In this document: one piece after another, positions 28,576-37,159 of the stretch
How the letters are laid out: every line of letters begins with the position of its first letter
Position numbering within the stretch: position 1 is the first letter of the stretch
Virus record (IMG/VR): IMGVR_UViG_3300031088_000776
DNA from: a virus
Taxonomy: Duplodnaviria; Heunggongvirae; Uroviricota; Caudoviricetes
Direction: 5' to 3' (one strand)
DNA: 64,000 nucleotides
The notes under the pieces: generated by a model
Seen by the model: only the letters and a program-made list of their open reading frames with translations
Told to the model about the DNA's origin: nothing
Database searches by the model: none
Program-made: the position numbers and the translations under genes

Positions 28576-29409
28576 ATGAATAGAATTTATAGGAATCTTG
28601 AAGAAATTGCACCTCATTTAGTTTCAGAGTGGGATATAGAACGCAATGGGAATAATCTTTACACTCATTTTTGGAATACTCGAGAAGACCCACCCCACTG
28701 GAAATGCAAAAAAGACCACCGGTGGACTATGCGATGGGATGCTAGAGTTGATCAAGGGCAAAATTGCCCCTATTGCTCTGGTAGAAGAATTATAGTCGGG
28801 GAGAACGATCTTCAGACTCGATTTCCAGAGATTTCTAAAGATTGGTCATTCGAATTAAACGAGCGAACGCCTATTGATTATCACCCCTATTCCCATAACA
28901 GAGTTTGGTGGAATTGTTCTGAAAATATTCACAAACCCTATTCACAGTTAATCTCTAAAAGAACTGGTCGTGGTACAGGTTGCCCTGAATGCTCTAAAGG
29001 TAGGGGCTCATCTAAAGGTGAATTTGAAGTTGGCCAACTTCTTGAAAGCATGGGGCTAAATTTTATACAGAATTCTAGAAAGATTATTCCACCTATGGAA
29101 TTAGACTTTTATATTTCTTCTCTTAATATTGGGATTGAATACAATGGAGAGTGGATGCATTCTAATCAAGCCTTGAAGCCTGATTCAAAGGATTCAAGTT
29201 TTCGTGATTATCACCTTAGGAAAAAGCGGCTTGCTAATTCTGAGAGTATTGATTTAGTTTTTGTGTGGGAGCATGATTGGACTGTACATAGAGATATAGT
29301 AAAAGAAGCTTTAATAGTGTTTTTCAAAACTGGGAAAATTTCAAAAATTCTTTCTCGTTTAGAGTCTTTTAAAGATGTTGATAAGGATTGCTGTTTATCG
29401 CGAGTCTAG
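28576..29409 (+). CDS. zinc-ribbon repeats plus a Vsr/DUF559-like endonuclease domain (homing-endonuclease-like), paralog 1
   Basis: WKCKKDHRW..CPYCSG, WNCSENIH..CPECSKG, then ELDFYISSLNIGIEYNGEWMHS..DLVFVWEHDW, which resembles the Vsr FVDGCFWH core. Confidence 0.6.
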   Translation: MNRIYRNLEEIAPHLVSEWDIERNGNNLYTHFWNTREDPPHWKCKKDHRWTMRWDARVDQGQNCPYCSGRRIIVGENDLQTRFPEISKDWSFELNERTPIDYHPYSHNRVWWNCSENIHKPYSQLISKRTGRGTGCPECSKGRGSSKGEFEVGQLLESMGLNFIQNSRKIIPPMELDFYISSLNIGIEYNGEWMHSNQALKPDSKDSSFRDYHLRKKRLANSESIDLVFVWEHDWTVHRDIVKEALIVFFKTGKISKILSRLESFKDVDKDCCLSRV

Positions 29410-29435
29410 ACTGTTTTTGTGTATGAATTTAGATC

Positions 29436-29582
29436 AAGTAAAAACTGCGCTACTAAGACCACCTAGTTTGCCGTGATAGGCTCGGGTCTAACTAGGTGGT
29501 CTTTTGCAGTATTTTCGCAGTTTTACAGTGAAATGCTGTCTACTGTATGACTATACCCTAAGCAGCATTTTTGATGCTATAG
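29436..29582 (-). repeat. family A composite repeat, copy A3 (reverse orientation; terminator-like on the + strand)
   Basis: aaaactgcgctactaa, hairpin core, tttt, then the reverse complement of the ttagggtatagtcatacagtagac module. Confidence 0.8.
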
Positions 29583-29705
29583 ACTGCTGGTAGTCGCTTT
29601 GAGAATGGCTCAAAAAATTTCTTTCAAGCGATCTTTTTCGGTTCGCAGTTGGTAAGATATCTTTGACAAAATAATAGATAAGTAAGAAAGCAAGGAGTAA
29701 TCCAA

Positions 29706-30815
29706 TTGTCAAAAAATATTTCTACTAACTCAGAGCGCCAAGAACAATTCAATCAGCTTATTAAGAGTATTAACAAGCATAAGACTTTCACGACTGAGTC
29801 TGGCGATAATGTAATCTCTAAATTAGGCGATAATCCTCGAGAGATTGAAGTTATCTCTTCAGGAAGTTTGGTGCTTGATAGTATCCTCGGTGGAGGTCTC
29901 CCTAAGGGGCGTATTGTTGAAATTTACGGCCCTGAGTCTTCAGGTAAGACTTCAGTTGCTCTTACTGTTGCTGGTAATGTCCAGGCAAATGGTGGTAACG
30001 CTGCCCTTATCGACCTTGAGAACGCACTTGACCCATCTTACGCTAAAAAACTTGGTGTAGATATTGAGAATCTTGCTGTTTCACAGCCGGATGACGCTGA
30101 GCAAGCCCTTGATCTTCTTGTTGCTTTATGCTCATCACAATTAGTTGATCTTGTGATTGTTGACTCTCTAGCAGCATTAACTCCAAGAGCTGTACTTGAT
30201 GGAACTGCAGAACAGCAGACTATTGGTCTTGTTGCTCGCCTTCTTTCAACAAACTTGAAGAAAATCATTTCTCTAGCCAATAAGAATGGTGTTACTGTCA
30301 TTCTTATTAACCAGATTCGTGATAAGATTGGCGGCTTCTCTCCAGTCGGTACTCCAGAAACGACAACTGGTGGTCGCGCAACCAAATTCTATGCTTCACA
30401 GCGCATCGACATTCGTCGCCGCGAGATTGTTAAAGAGGGCAAGAAAGAAATTGGTACCCTCGTCCGAATGAAAGTAGTAAAGAACAAGGTTGCTCCACCT
30501 TTCCGTGAAGGCTTCACTGTTCTAACTTTCAATCATGGAATTAACCGTCAGGCAGAGATGATTGAGGTCGGGCCAGAAGCTGGAGTCGTTGGTCGCCCTA
30601 ATAACCGAACTTATGTTGAAGTTGAGACTGGCGAGATTATTGCTAAGTCTAAGGCTGACGCTATTGCTCGACTTGAGAGTGACCCTGAAATGTTCGAAAG
30701 ACTCTCTAAGGCTCTCGCTGACGCATTAAAGAATAAAGACGCTAAGGTTGATGAAACTGAGGCGCCGAAAGAAAATGATGATGCTGAAGAAGTCGAATCT
30801 AAAGATGATGAGTAA
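29706..30815 (+). CDS. recA: RecA recombinase (bacterial type)
   Basis: GGGLPKGRIVEIYGPESSGKTS, IDLENALDP, VDLVIVDSLAALTP and INQIRDKIG...PETTTGG match the E. coli RecA core almost residue for residue. Acidic C-terminal tail. AAGGAG RBS plus TTG start. Confidence 0.9.
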   Translation: MSKNISTNSERQEQFNQLIKSINKHKTFTTESGDNVISKLGDNPREIEVISSGSLVLDSILGGGLPKGRIVEIYGPESSGKTSVALTVAGNVQANGGNAALIDLENALDPSYAKKLGVDIENLAVSQPDDAEQALDLLVALCSSQLVDLVIVDSLAALTPRAVLDGTAEQQTIGLVARLLSTNLKKIISLANKNGVTVILINQIRDKIGGFSPVGTPETTTGGRATKFYASQRIDIRRREIVKEGKKEIGTLVRMKVVKNKVAPPFREGFTVLTFNHGINRQAEMIEVGPEAGVVGRPNNRTYVEVETGEIIAKSKADAIARLESDPEMFERLSKALADALKNKDAKVDETEAPKENDDAEEVESKDDE

Positions 30816-30839
30816 TCATTAAGTTTTAGAAACTGATTA

Positions 30840-30882
30840 AGAGCTCGCTACAAAGATTTTAGATTTTCTTTGTAGCGAGCTC
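30840..30882 (+). terminator. intrinsic terminator hairpin
   Basis: agagctcgctacaaag ... ctttgtagcgagctct. Confidence 0.65.
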
Positions 30883-30909
30883 TATCTATATTAAGATAAT
30901 GAATATTTT

Positions 30910-32049
30910 ATGAATACAGTGAACTTTAAAGGTAATAATTATGATACAGATAAAATCGCTCGACTTTATATTGAAGAAAATCTAACTCTTCAGGAAACCT
31001 TTGAAAAACTCAAAGATGAGATAGACTTAAATATTAAAGAGTTCAAAAGCTTAGTAAACAAGACTGGGCTTAAAAAGAGTGACTCTAATAGACGCGAGTC
31101 GCAGGGGATAAAGAATCATAGGATTACTCAAAGAATTCTTAAAATTATAGAATCTTCAGAAAAGAAACTTAACTCTTTTTCTAGTAAGACTGCTTATGCG
31201 AGATATCTCCACTCAGAGAATCCCGAGTATTCAGTTAGACAATTCGAGAAGAGGATTGTTATAGAAGATAAGAAAGATTTTGTAAGATTTTTTGAAGTTT
31301 ATCCAGAGTTGAAAGATTATTTATATGATAAAGACTCTTTAGATATAAACTCAATAAGTATCTCTAGTCATTTAATTGTTGATTGGATCTGCGATTTGTC
31401 TCATATCTATCAGAGGTCATTTCAGGAAATGAATAGAGTAAAGAAATATTGTTACTACTGTAGTAATCAAAAAGTTCTTAAAGGTTTTAATGATCTTAAA
31501 TCTCAGTATCCTTTGATTGCCCTTGATTATTCATTTAGCAATGATTTAAAAGCTGATGAGATTTATTGTAAGTCTAGCAGAATAGTTGAGTGGGTTTGCC
31601 ATAAATGTAGCCTTAAATGGTCTCAAGCTCTTTGCAATAGAACTTCTTATAGCGAATCAGAATGTTCTAATTGCACTGATCGTATTTCGAAGCATGAGTC
31701 GAGAGTTTTAGAATTTGTTAAGACTTTCTATACTGGAGAGATACTGAGAAATAAAATGCCTTTACGTGAGGGGTCATCAAGATTTCAGATAGACATTCTT
31801 TTACCCGAACTTAAACTTGGTTTTGAGGTTCAGGACTTCGCTACACACTCTAAGACTTCAGAAGATGAGGTTTCTAGATTTAAGGGTGTTACTGGGCTAA
31901 AGAAAGGTCCTAATTATCATGAGAATAAGCGGAGGCTTGCTAAAGAGCAATTAGATGTGACTTTGATAGATCTTTGGCAGGATGAGATTGAATCTGGAGA
32001 TTTTGAAGAAGTTATTTTAGAAGCTATTCGTGAAGTCAAGGGCGCTTAA
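30910..32049 (+). CDS. zinc-ribbon repeats plus a Vsr-like endonuclease-like domain, paralog 2 (divergent C-terminus)
   Basis: WICDLSH..CYYCSNQKVLKGFNDL and WVCHKCSLKW..CSNCTD, then QIDILLPELKLGFEVQD. Confidence 0.5.
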   Translation: MNTVNFKGNNYDTDKIARLYIEENLTLQETFEKLKDEIDLNIKEFKSLVNKTGLKKSDSNRRESQGIKNHRITQRILKIIESSEKKLNSFSSKTAYARYLHSENPEYSVRQFEKRIVIEDKKDFVRFFEVYPELKDYLYDKDSLDINSISISSHLIVDWICDLSHIYQRSFQEMNRVKKYCYYCSNQKVLKGFNDLKSQYPLIALDYSFSNDLKADEIYCKSSRIVEWVCHKCSLKWSQALCNRTSYSESECSNCTDRISKHESRVLEFVKTFYTGEILRNKMPLREGSSRFQIDILLPELKLGFEVQDFATHSKTSEDEVSRFKGVTGLKKGPNYHENKRRLAKEQLDVTLIDLWQDEIESGDFEEVILEAIREVKGA

Positions 32050-32217
32050 AATATTTTTACTATAAGTTTTGCATTGGTTTTATTTTCGTGTTAAGGTAGT
32101 TAGTGATACAGGAAAAGCTTGATGGAGAATAAAATTGCATGCAGTTTTGTTTTTCTTAAAGCTTATGATAAGATTTAAAAGTACAAGTAAGTTTCAAAAA
32201 ATTCTATGGAGGAATTA

Positions 32218-33450
32218 ATGACTGACAAAGTAAAGACTTCAAAGGTAGAATCTCTACACGATATTGACCTAGTTACCCTTCAGGCGGTAATGCAGGCTCG
32301 CGTTCCAGCCATGCTCGTGGGCCCTCCAGGTACTGGTAAAACTGCGACTATCAAGTCTATCGCTAAGAAGATTGGTTACCGCCTAGAAACAGTCATTGGT
32401 TCTCGTATGGACCCTACTGACGTTACTGGACTTCCTCGGTCTGAAGAGTTCGGTGAGACTAGTGATGGAACTAAGCTTTACGCTACATCGTATTCGATGC
32501 CGGTATGGCAGGCTAACATTCTTCGCCATCCTAAGACGATTCTGTTCTTGGATGAGTTCTCTAACACTCCAAGTGAGGTTCGAGCATCTTTCCTGAATAT
32601 TATTGAAGACCGTGAGTTCCCGTCTGGCGCTAAGATGCCTGCAGATACTATCATTGTTGGCGCGATGAACCCTACTGAACAGGCTGCAGACGGTTTTGAG
32701 CTTGACCTTCCAACTACTAACCGTATGTTCTTCATGGAGTGGCGACCAACCCTAGCTTCTTGGCTTGCAGGAATGAAAGACGATTGGGGTCGACCTGATA
32801 TTTCTGAACAGGAGCTTAAGTACCGCGAGAAGATTATTCGTTATATTGCTGATAATCCTGGTGACCTTGAAGCTTTCCCTGATGAAAATCAGGGTGCGAT
32901 TAGTCGATCAAATCCTTCTGCAACTGAGGTTGCTAAGTACGCTTGGGCCTCACGTCGTACTTGGAATAAGGTAGCAGTAGCTCTTGGCGTTGCTGAGGAG
33001 CGACCTATTATTCAGGATACTATCACTAAGGGACTTATTGGTTTTAGTAATTCTGCTAAATTCCGCGACTTCTTGACTCGAGACACTACTTTCGACCCTC
33101 ACGCTATTCTTGAAGACCCTAAGTCAATTGAGTGGGCTGAGCTCGAAGTCAATGACATGCGTCTTATTCTACAGAGTACTGTAGATATTACTGCTGAGGC
33201 GTTGTCTTCTGAAAATCTAAAGGATAACCCTAATGCACATATTCCGCTACTACAGATGATGAATATTCTTGCTTTAGTTGCTCACCACGAGCGCGGCTCT
33301 GAGGGTGTTGCATTCATGCAGGGTGTTCTTTCTATGTTCGGTTCTCATAAGCGTTCATTCTCTAAGGAGGGCGCTACGAAGCTGAAGGAAACTGTACAGA
33401 AGCTTATGCCGATGTACCGTGACTTCACTAAAGATGTGACTAAGAAGTAA
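32218..33450 (+). CDS. MoxR-family AAA+ ATPase
   Basis: Walker A MLVGPPGTGKTAT and Walker B ILFLDEF. GGAGG RBS lies before the ATG at 32218. Confidence 0.7.
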   Translation: MTDKVKTSKVESLHDIDLVTLQAVMQARVPAMLVGPPGTGKTATIKSIAKKIGYRLETVIGSRMDPTDVTGLPRSEEFGETSDGTKLYATSYSMPVWQANILRHPKTILFLDEFSNTPSEVRASFLNIIEDREFPSGAKMPADTIIVGAMNPTEQAADGFELDLPTTNRMFFMEWRPTLASWLAGMKDDWGRPDISEQELKYREKIIRYIADNPGDLEAFPDENQGAISRSNPSATEVAKYAWASRRTWNKVAVALGVAEERPIIQDTITKGLIGFSNSAKFRDFLTRDTTFDPHAILEDPKSIEWAELEVNDMRLILQSTVDITAEALSSENLKDNPNAHIPLLQMMNILALVAHHERGSEGVAFMQGVLSMFGSHKRSFSKEGATKLKETVQKLMPMYRDFTKDVTKK

Positions 33451-33470
33451 AATAATTTTCCTCCAAAAAT

Positions 33471-33514
33471 AAAAACACCTGGTTGCTTGGTAAAATGTAA
33501 CCAGGTGTTTTTTA
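33471..33514 (+). terminator. intrinsic terminator
   Basis: aaaaacacctggtt ... aaccaggtgtttttt. Confidence 0.85.
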
Positions 33515-33540
33515 GTCTTTTGTAAGGAGTTTTATAATCA

Positions 33541-35007
33541 ATGTCAAATAATGAAAGCGATCTATATAAGAAATCGCAAAGAATGCTTATTGCATCCTTG
33601 ATTTATAACGGAAGTGACGCAACAAGAGTATTCGAATTAATTACTCCTGAGGATTTTCAAGAGCCGTCATTCCAGCTAATCGCTGACGCTATAGTGGAGT
33701 TAATTCGTACAGACATAAAGATTACTGCAATCTCAATTGCGACTGAGCTTGAGAATCGTGGCCAGCTAGCTGCTGTAGGAGGAACTAGTGAGCTTTATGT
33801 TCTTAATAATGAAGGGCGCAAGTATCTTCGTGAGAACTCTATTACTCTCTACGCTTCAGTAGTCAAAGAGACCTCAGCAAAAGCGAAAATTCTTAACGAA
33901 ATTAAAGAATCAGCAAAAAGTCTTAAACCAGATTCAGGTATTTCAGCAGCTGAAACGCTAGCCTCATTGCAGTCTAATCTTAATGAGCAATTATATAGGT
34001 TGTCTGATGATTCTACAGTGACACAAATCGCTGAAATTATTCCAGAATATTTTGATCTTCTAGAAAAGCGCAAAATTACTGCTGAAGAAAACGCTAAGAA
34101 TGGTGGAGGTCTTCAAGGTATACCCTCTCTTATCCCAACTATTAATAAGATTACTACAGGATGGTTGCCAGCTCAGTTAATTACTATTGGCGCGCGTACT
34201 GGTATCGGTAAGTCTGTTTTTGCTGTAAACTCAGCTGTAGCTGCTGCAGAAGCTAACAAGTCAGTGTTATTCTTCTCGTTGGAAATGAAGAATGAAGAGA
34301 TTCATGACCGAATTCTTTCTTCAATGTCTGGAGTTGAGTTGTCTAAAATTAAAGAAGGCGACATTAGCGCAGAAGATAAGAAAAAATTAGAAGAGGCATC
34401 TGAAAGAGCCTCTAAAATGAAAATCATGATTGAGACTGAGCCTGAATTAACTGCGGAGGGTATTCGCGCTAAGGCTCTTCGCAGAGCTCAATCACCTGAA
34501 GGCTTAGATATTATTATTCTCGATTATCTACAGCTTCTCAAAGTTTCTAAGAAGTCTAATAACCGCCAGGAAGAGGTTGCTAATTTTTCAAGAACTATGA
34601 AGCTTTTAGCAAAGAGCCTTGACGTTCCTATTATGGTACTCGTACAGCTTCAGCGTGAAAAAGATGATGAAGAAAACTCACTACCTCAGATTCACCAAAT
34701 TCGTGAATCTGGTGCTATTGCTATGGACTCAGATATTGTTATTTTGATTCACAGAGACAAGACTATTGACGGAGAGATTCCTGATACGTTACTTATTGTT
34801 GCTAAGCATAGAAACGGTAGACAGGGTGATATTATTAGATGTAGTTCGAATCTTGAATACTCTCTCTTTAGAGAGATTAAGAGAGCTAAAGATGCTGAGA
34901 CTATAACTGATGATGACCTAGAGTCACTTATGGACGATGATTTAGAAATTGACGAATCAGATTTAAATGATCTTGATTTGGACGACGAGCTGGATTTTGG
35001 TGATTAA
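33541..35007 (+). CDS. dnaB: replicative DNA helicase, DnaB family
   Basis: The C-terminal RecA-like domain carries Walker A GARTGIGKS and FFSLEMKNEEI, with a DnaB-type N-terminal domain. Acidic C-terminal tail. Confidence 0.85.
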   Translation: MSNNESDLYKKSQRMLIASLIYNGSDATRVFELITPEDFQEPSFQLIADAIVELIRTDIKITAISIATELENRGQLAAVGGTSELYVLNNEGRKYLRENSITLYASVVKETSAKAKILNEIKESAKSLKPDSGISAAETLASLQSNLNEQLYRLSDDSTVTQIAEIIPEYFDLLEKRKITAEENAKNGGGLQGIPSLIPTINKITTGWLPAQLITIGARTGIGKSVFAVNSAVAAAEANKSVLFFSLEMKNEEIHDRILSSMSGVELSKIKEGDISAEDKKKLEEASERASKMKIMIETEPELTAEGIRAKALRRAQSPEGLDIIILDYLQLLKVSKKSNNRQEEVANFSRTMKLLAKSLDVPIMVLVQLQREKDDEENSLPQIHQIRESGAIAMDSDIVILIHRDKTIDGEIPDTLLIVAKHRNGRQGDIIRCSSNLEYSLFREIKRAKDAETITDDDLESLMDDDLEIDESDLNDLDLDDELDFGD

Positions 35008-35009
35008 TA

Positions 35010-35441
35010 ATGACAAAGAAAAAAAGCAAGCAAACTCCAATTCCTCACCGAAGGAATGCTCTACATCAGGGTTTACCAGGACTTGAATTTCCGAATATTA
35101 AGCCTGAAGACTTAATAGCATTAACGCCTGAGCAGAAGTCTGAGAAGTTTCTTACTAAATATATGCAGATTGTCGATCCTATTATTAGATACTCTGAATA
35201 CTTCGATTCTACAGCAAAAGAAATTTCAGTTATCTACAAGCAAATTAAAGTAGGGTATATCAATTTAGTTGTTACTGAAAAATGGACTGAGAAGAAATAT
35301 GTTGCTGTGATTAATAGGATTTTTGAGCAGAAGAGCGAAATCAATACCTTTATTCTTGATAGAATAGGTTTCATGTATGATAATGGAGTTCTTGATCAGC
35401 AGGAAAATAATAGAAATTCTGTAAGGAGAGTTAATAGATGA
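35010..35441 (+). CDS. hypothetical protein
   Basis: 143-aa ORF overlapping the next gene (ATGA). Confidence 0.45.
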   Translation: MTKKKSKQTPIPHRRNALHQGLPGLEFPNIKPEDLIALTPEQKSEKFLTKYMQIVDPIIRYSEYFDSTAKEISVIYKQIKVGYINLVVTEKWTEKKYVAVINRIFEQKSEINTFILDRIGFMYDNGVLDQQENNRNSVRRVNR

Positions 35442-36208
35442 GTATAGACGAGAATGATGATCTCACTAGATATGTGGGAGAAAACTTCAAGTTCATTAAT
35501 AAGAATGAAACTGACTTTGAGTCTTTTAATGCCCTTACTGACCGCATCAACTCAACTTTCGAGTCACTTGAAAAAGAAAGATCTCTTGAGGTAAGAAAGA
35601 AAAGATTAGTCATTTGGGATGACAAGACCCCACCTCGCTGGAAGGGCGCCTCACTTTCGCAAATTGAGAAAAATACTGCTAAAAGAATTCTAGGATTACT
35701 TAAAGAAGACTCCAGTGGTTCATTTTTCTTAACTGGCAGAGCCGCTAAAGACAAGAATTTCCATGCTTACGCTATTATGAGAAAGCTTATTGGCGCTGGA
35801 AAGATCGCACCTTCTAAAATTAAGATTATTTCAGAAGACACTTTACTTAGCTACTCTCAGACTGGTTTTGAGGGAAGAGCTAGAATTGATGAACTCTTAA
35901 GTGAAGAATATGATGGTTTCATTATTGATAACATTGGTTCCAAGGAATTTTATGACGCTAAGCGAGAAATCCCTGTTTTAGAGCAACTCCTATTGAATAT
36001 TTACAATAGATCTTTACCTACAGTTTTCATTAGTAATATCTCAGTTGAAGATTTCTATGGAATTCTAGGTAAGGGCCCTGCAGATAAGATGAGAGACATC
36101 TTAGATAATCGTATTATTGATTTAGGGTCTAGTGAGAAAAGACAGTCACGAGAAAGCTCGCCAGCAAAAACTTCACGTAAAAAAATTGAAGATAATTTTG
36201 ACGGTTAA
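35438..36208 (+). CDS. hypothetical protein, possible helicase-loader-like
   Basis: Sits directly downstream of dnaB. FFLTGRAAKDK is a degenerate P-loop-like segment. No canonical GKT. Confidence 0.3.
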   Translation: MSIDENDDLTRYVGENFKFINKNETDFESFNALTDRINSTFESLEKERSLEVRKKRLVIWDDKTPPRWKGASLSQIEKNTAKRILGLLKEDSSGSFFLTGRAAKDKNFHAYAIMRKLIGAGKIAPSKIKIISEDTLLSYSQTGFEGRARIDELLSEEYDGFIIDNIGSKEFYDAKREIPVLEQLLLNIYNRSLPTVFISNISVEDFYGILGKGPADKMRDILDNRIIDLGSSEKRQSRESSPAKTSRKKIEDNFDG

Positions 36209-36309
36209 AAATTTGACTTGGTTCATATTTTAAAATTCTTGATTTTTGGGAAGACTTTCGGTATAATAGATTAATAAGTGTTTACTATACAGAAAGAGGG
36301 TCAAAACTC

Positions 36310-37095
36310 ATGACTGAAAATAAAATTAAGAAGGTAGTAATCTTCGCGGGTGGAGAAGGAACTCGACTCGCGGAGCTTACTGAAAAAACTCCGAAGCCTT
36401 TAGTTAATATTGGCCCAGACCCAGTAATTGTCCATATCATGCGACACTTCTATCGTGCGGGTTACAGAGAATTTGTTATTGCTGTAGGTTATAAGTCTAT
36501 TGAGTTTAAGCGTTACTTTAGAGATTATGTTCTTGCAAAGCGTGATGTTACTTTTACTAAGAATGACATTCAAGTGAAAGACTCTAATGATGTTGAAGAC
36601 TGGATTGTCCATGTTGTAGAGACTGGCGAAAAATCCACTACAGCGCAACGATTAAATGCTGTAGCGCCATATATTGATGGCGAACCATTCTTCCTCACTT
36701 ATGGTGATACTGTATCAGATGTAGACTTAAAGAAGCTTGAAGAAGTTCATTTCTCACGCCCTGAAGGAAATCTAGCAACGCTAACTGCAGTCAATATTGA
36801 AGAGCGTTTCGGTATTCTTAAGTTGAATAAAGAAACTGGTGCAGTTGATAAATTCAGCGAGAAGTCTTCTGATAAAGAAAATATGATCAATGGCGGCTTT
36901 ATTGTATGTAATCCTGAATTGCTCAATGAGGTGAATGAAAACTCAGGTGACTTTAGCCATGAGACGCTTAATCGCTTAGGTGACGAAAACAAGTTGAGTT
37001 TCTATCGTCATGATGGATTCTGGAGCGCTATGGACACTAAGCGCGATAATGACAAGCTTAATAAGCTATACGTCACGAATCCAGAATTATTCTAG
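36310..37095 (+). CDS. glucose-1-phosphate cytidylyl/thymidylyltransferase (RfbF/RmlA-like)
   Basis: VVIFAGGEGTRLAELTEKTPKPLVNIG matches the N-terminal GGxGTRL nucleotidyltransferase signature. Confidence 0.8.
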   Translation: MTENKIKKVVIFAGGEGTRLAELTEKTPKPLVNIGPDPVIVHIMRHFYRAGYREFVIAVGYKSIEFKRYFRDYVLAKRDVTFTKNDIQVKDSNDVEDWIVHVVETGEKSTTAQRLNAVAPYIDGEPFFLTYGDTVSDVDLKKLEEVHFSRPEGNLATLTAVNIEERFGILKLNKETGAVDKFSEKSSDKENMINGGFIVCNPELLNEVNENSGDFSHETLNRLGDENKLSFYRHDGFWSAMDTKRDNDKLNKLYVTNPELF

Positions 37096-37159
37096 ATTTT
37101 TTGATAAAAAGAAATAGTGGAAAGAAAGTTAGAAACACAGTAAGGAAAGAGAGAACATA

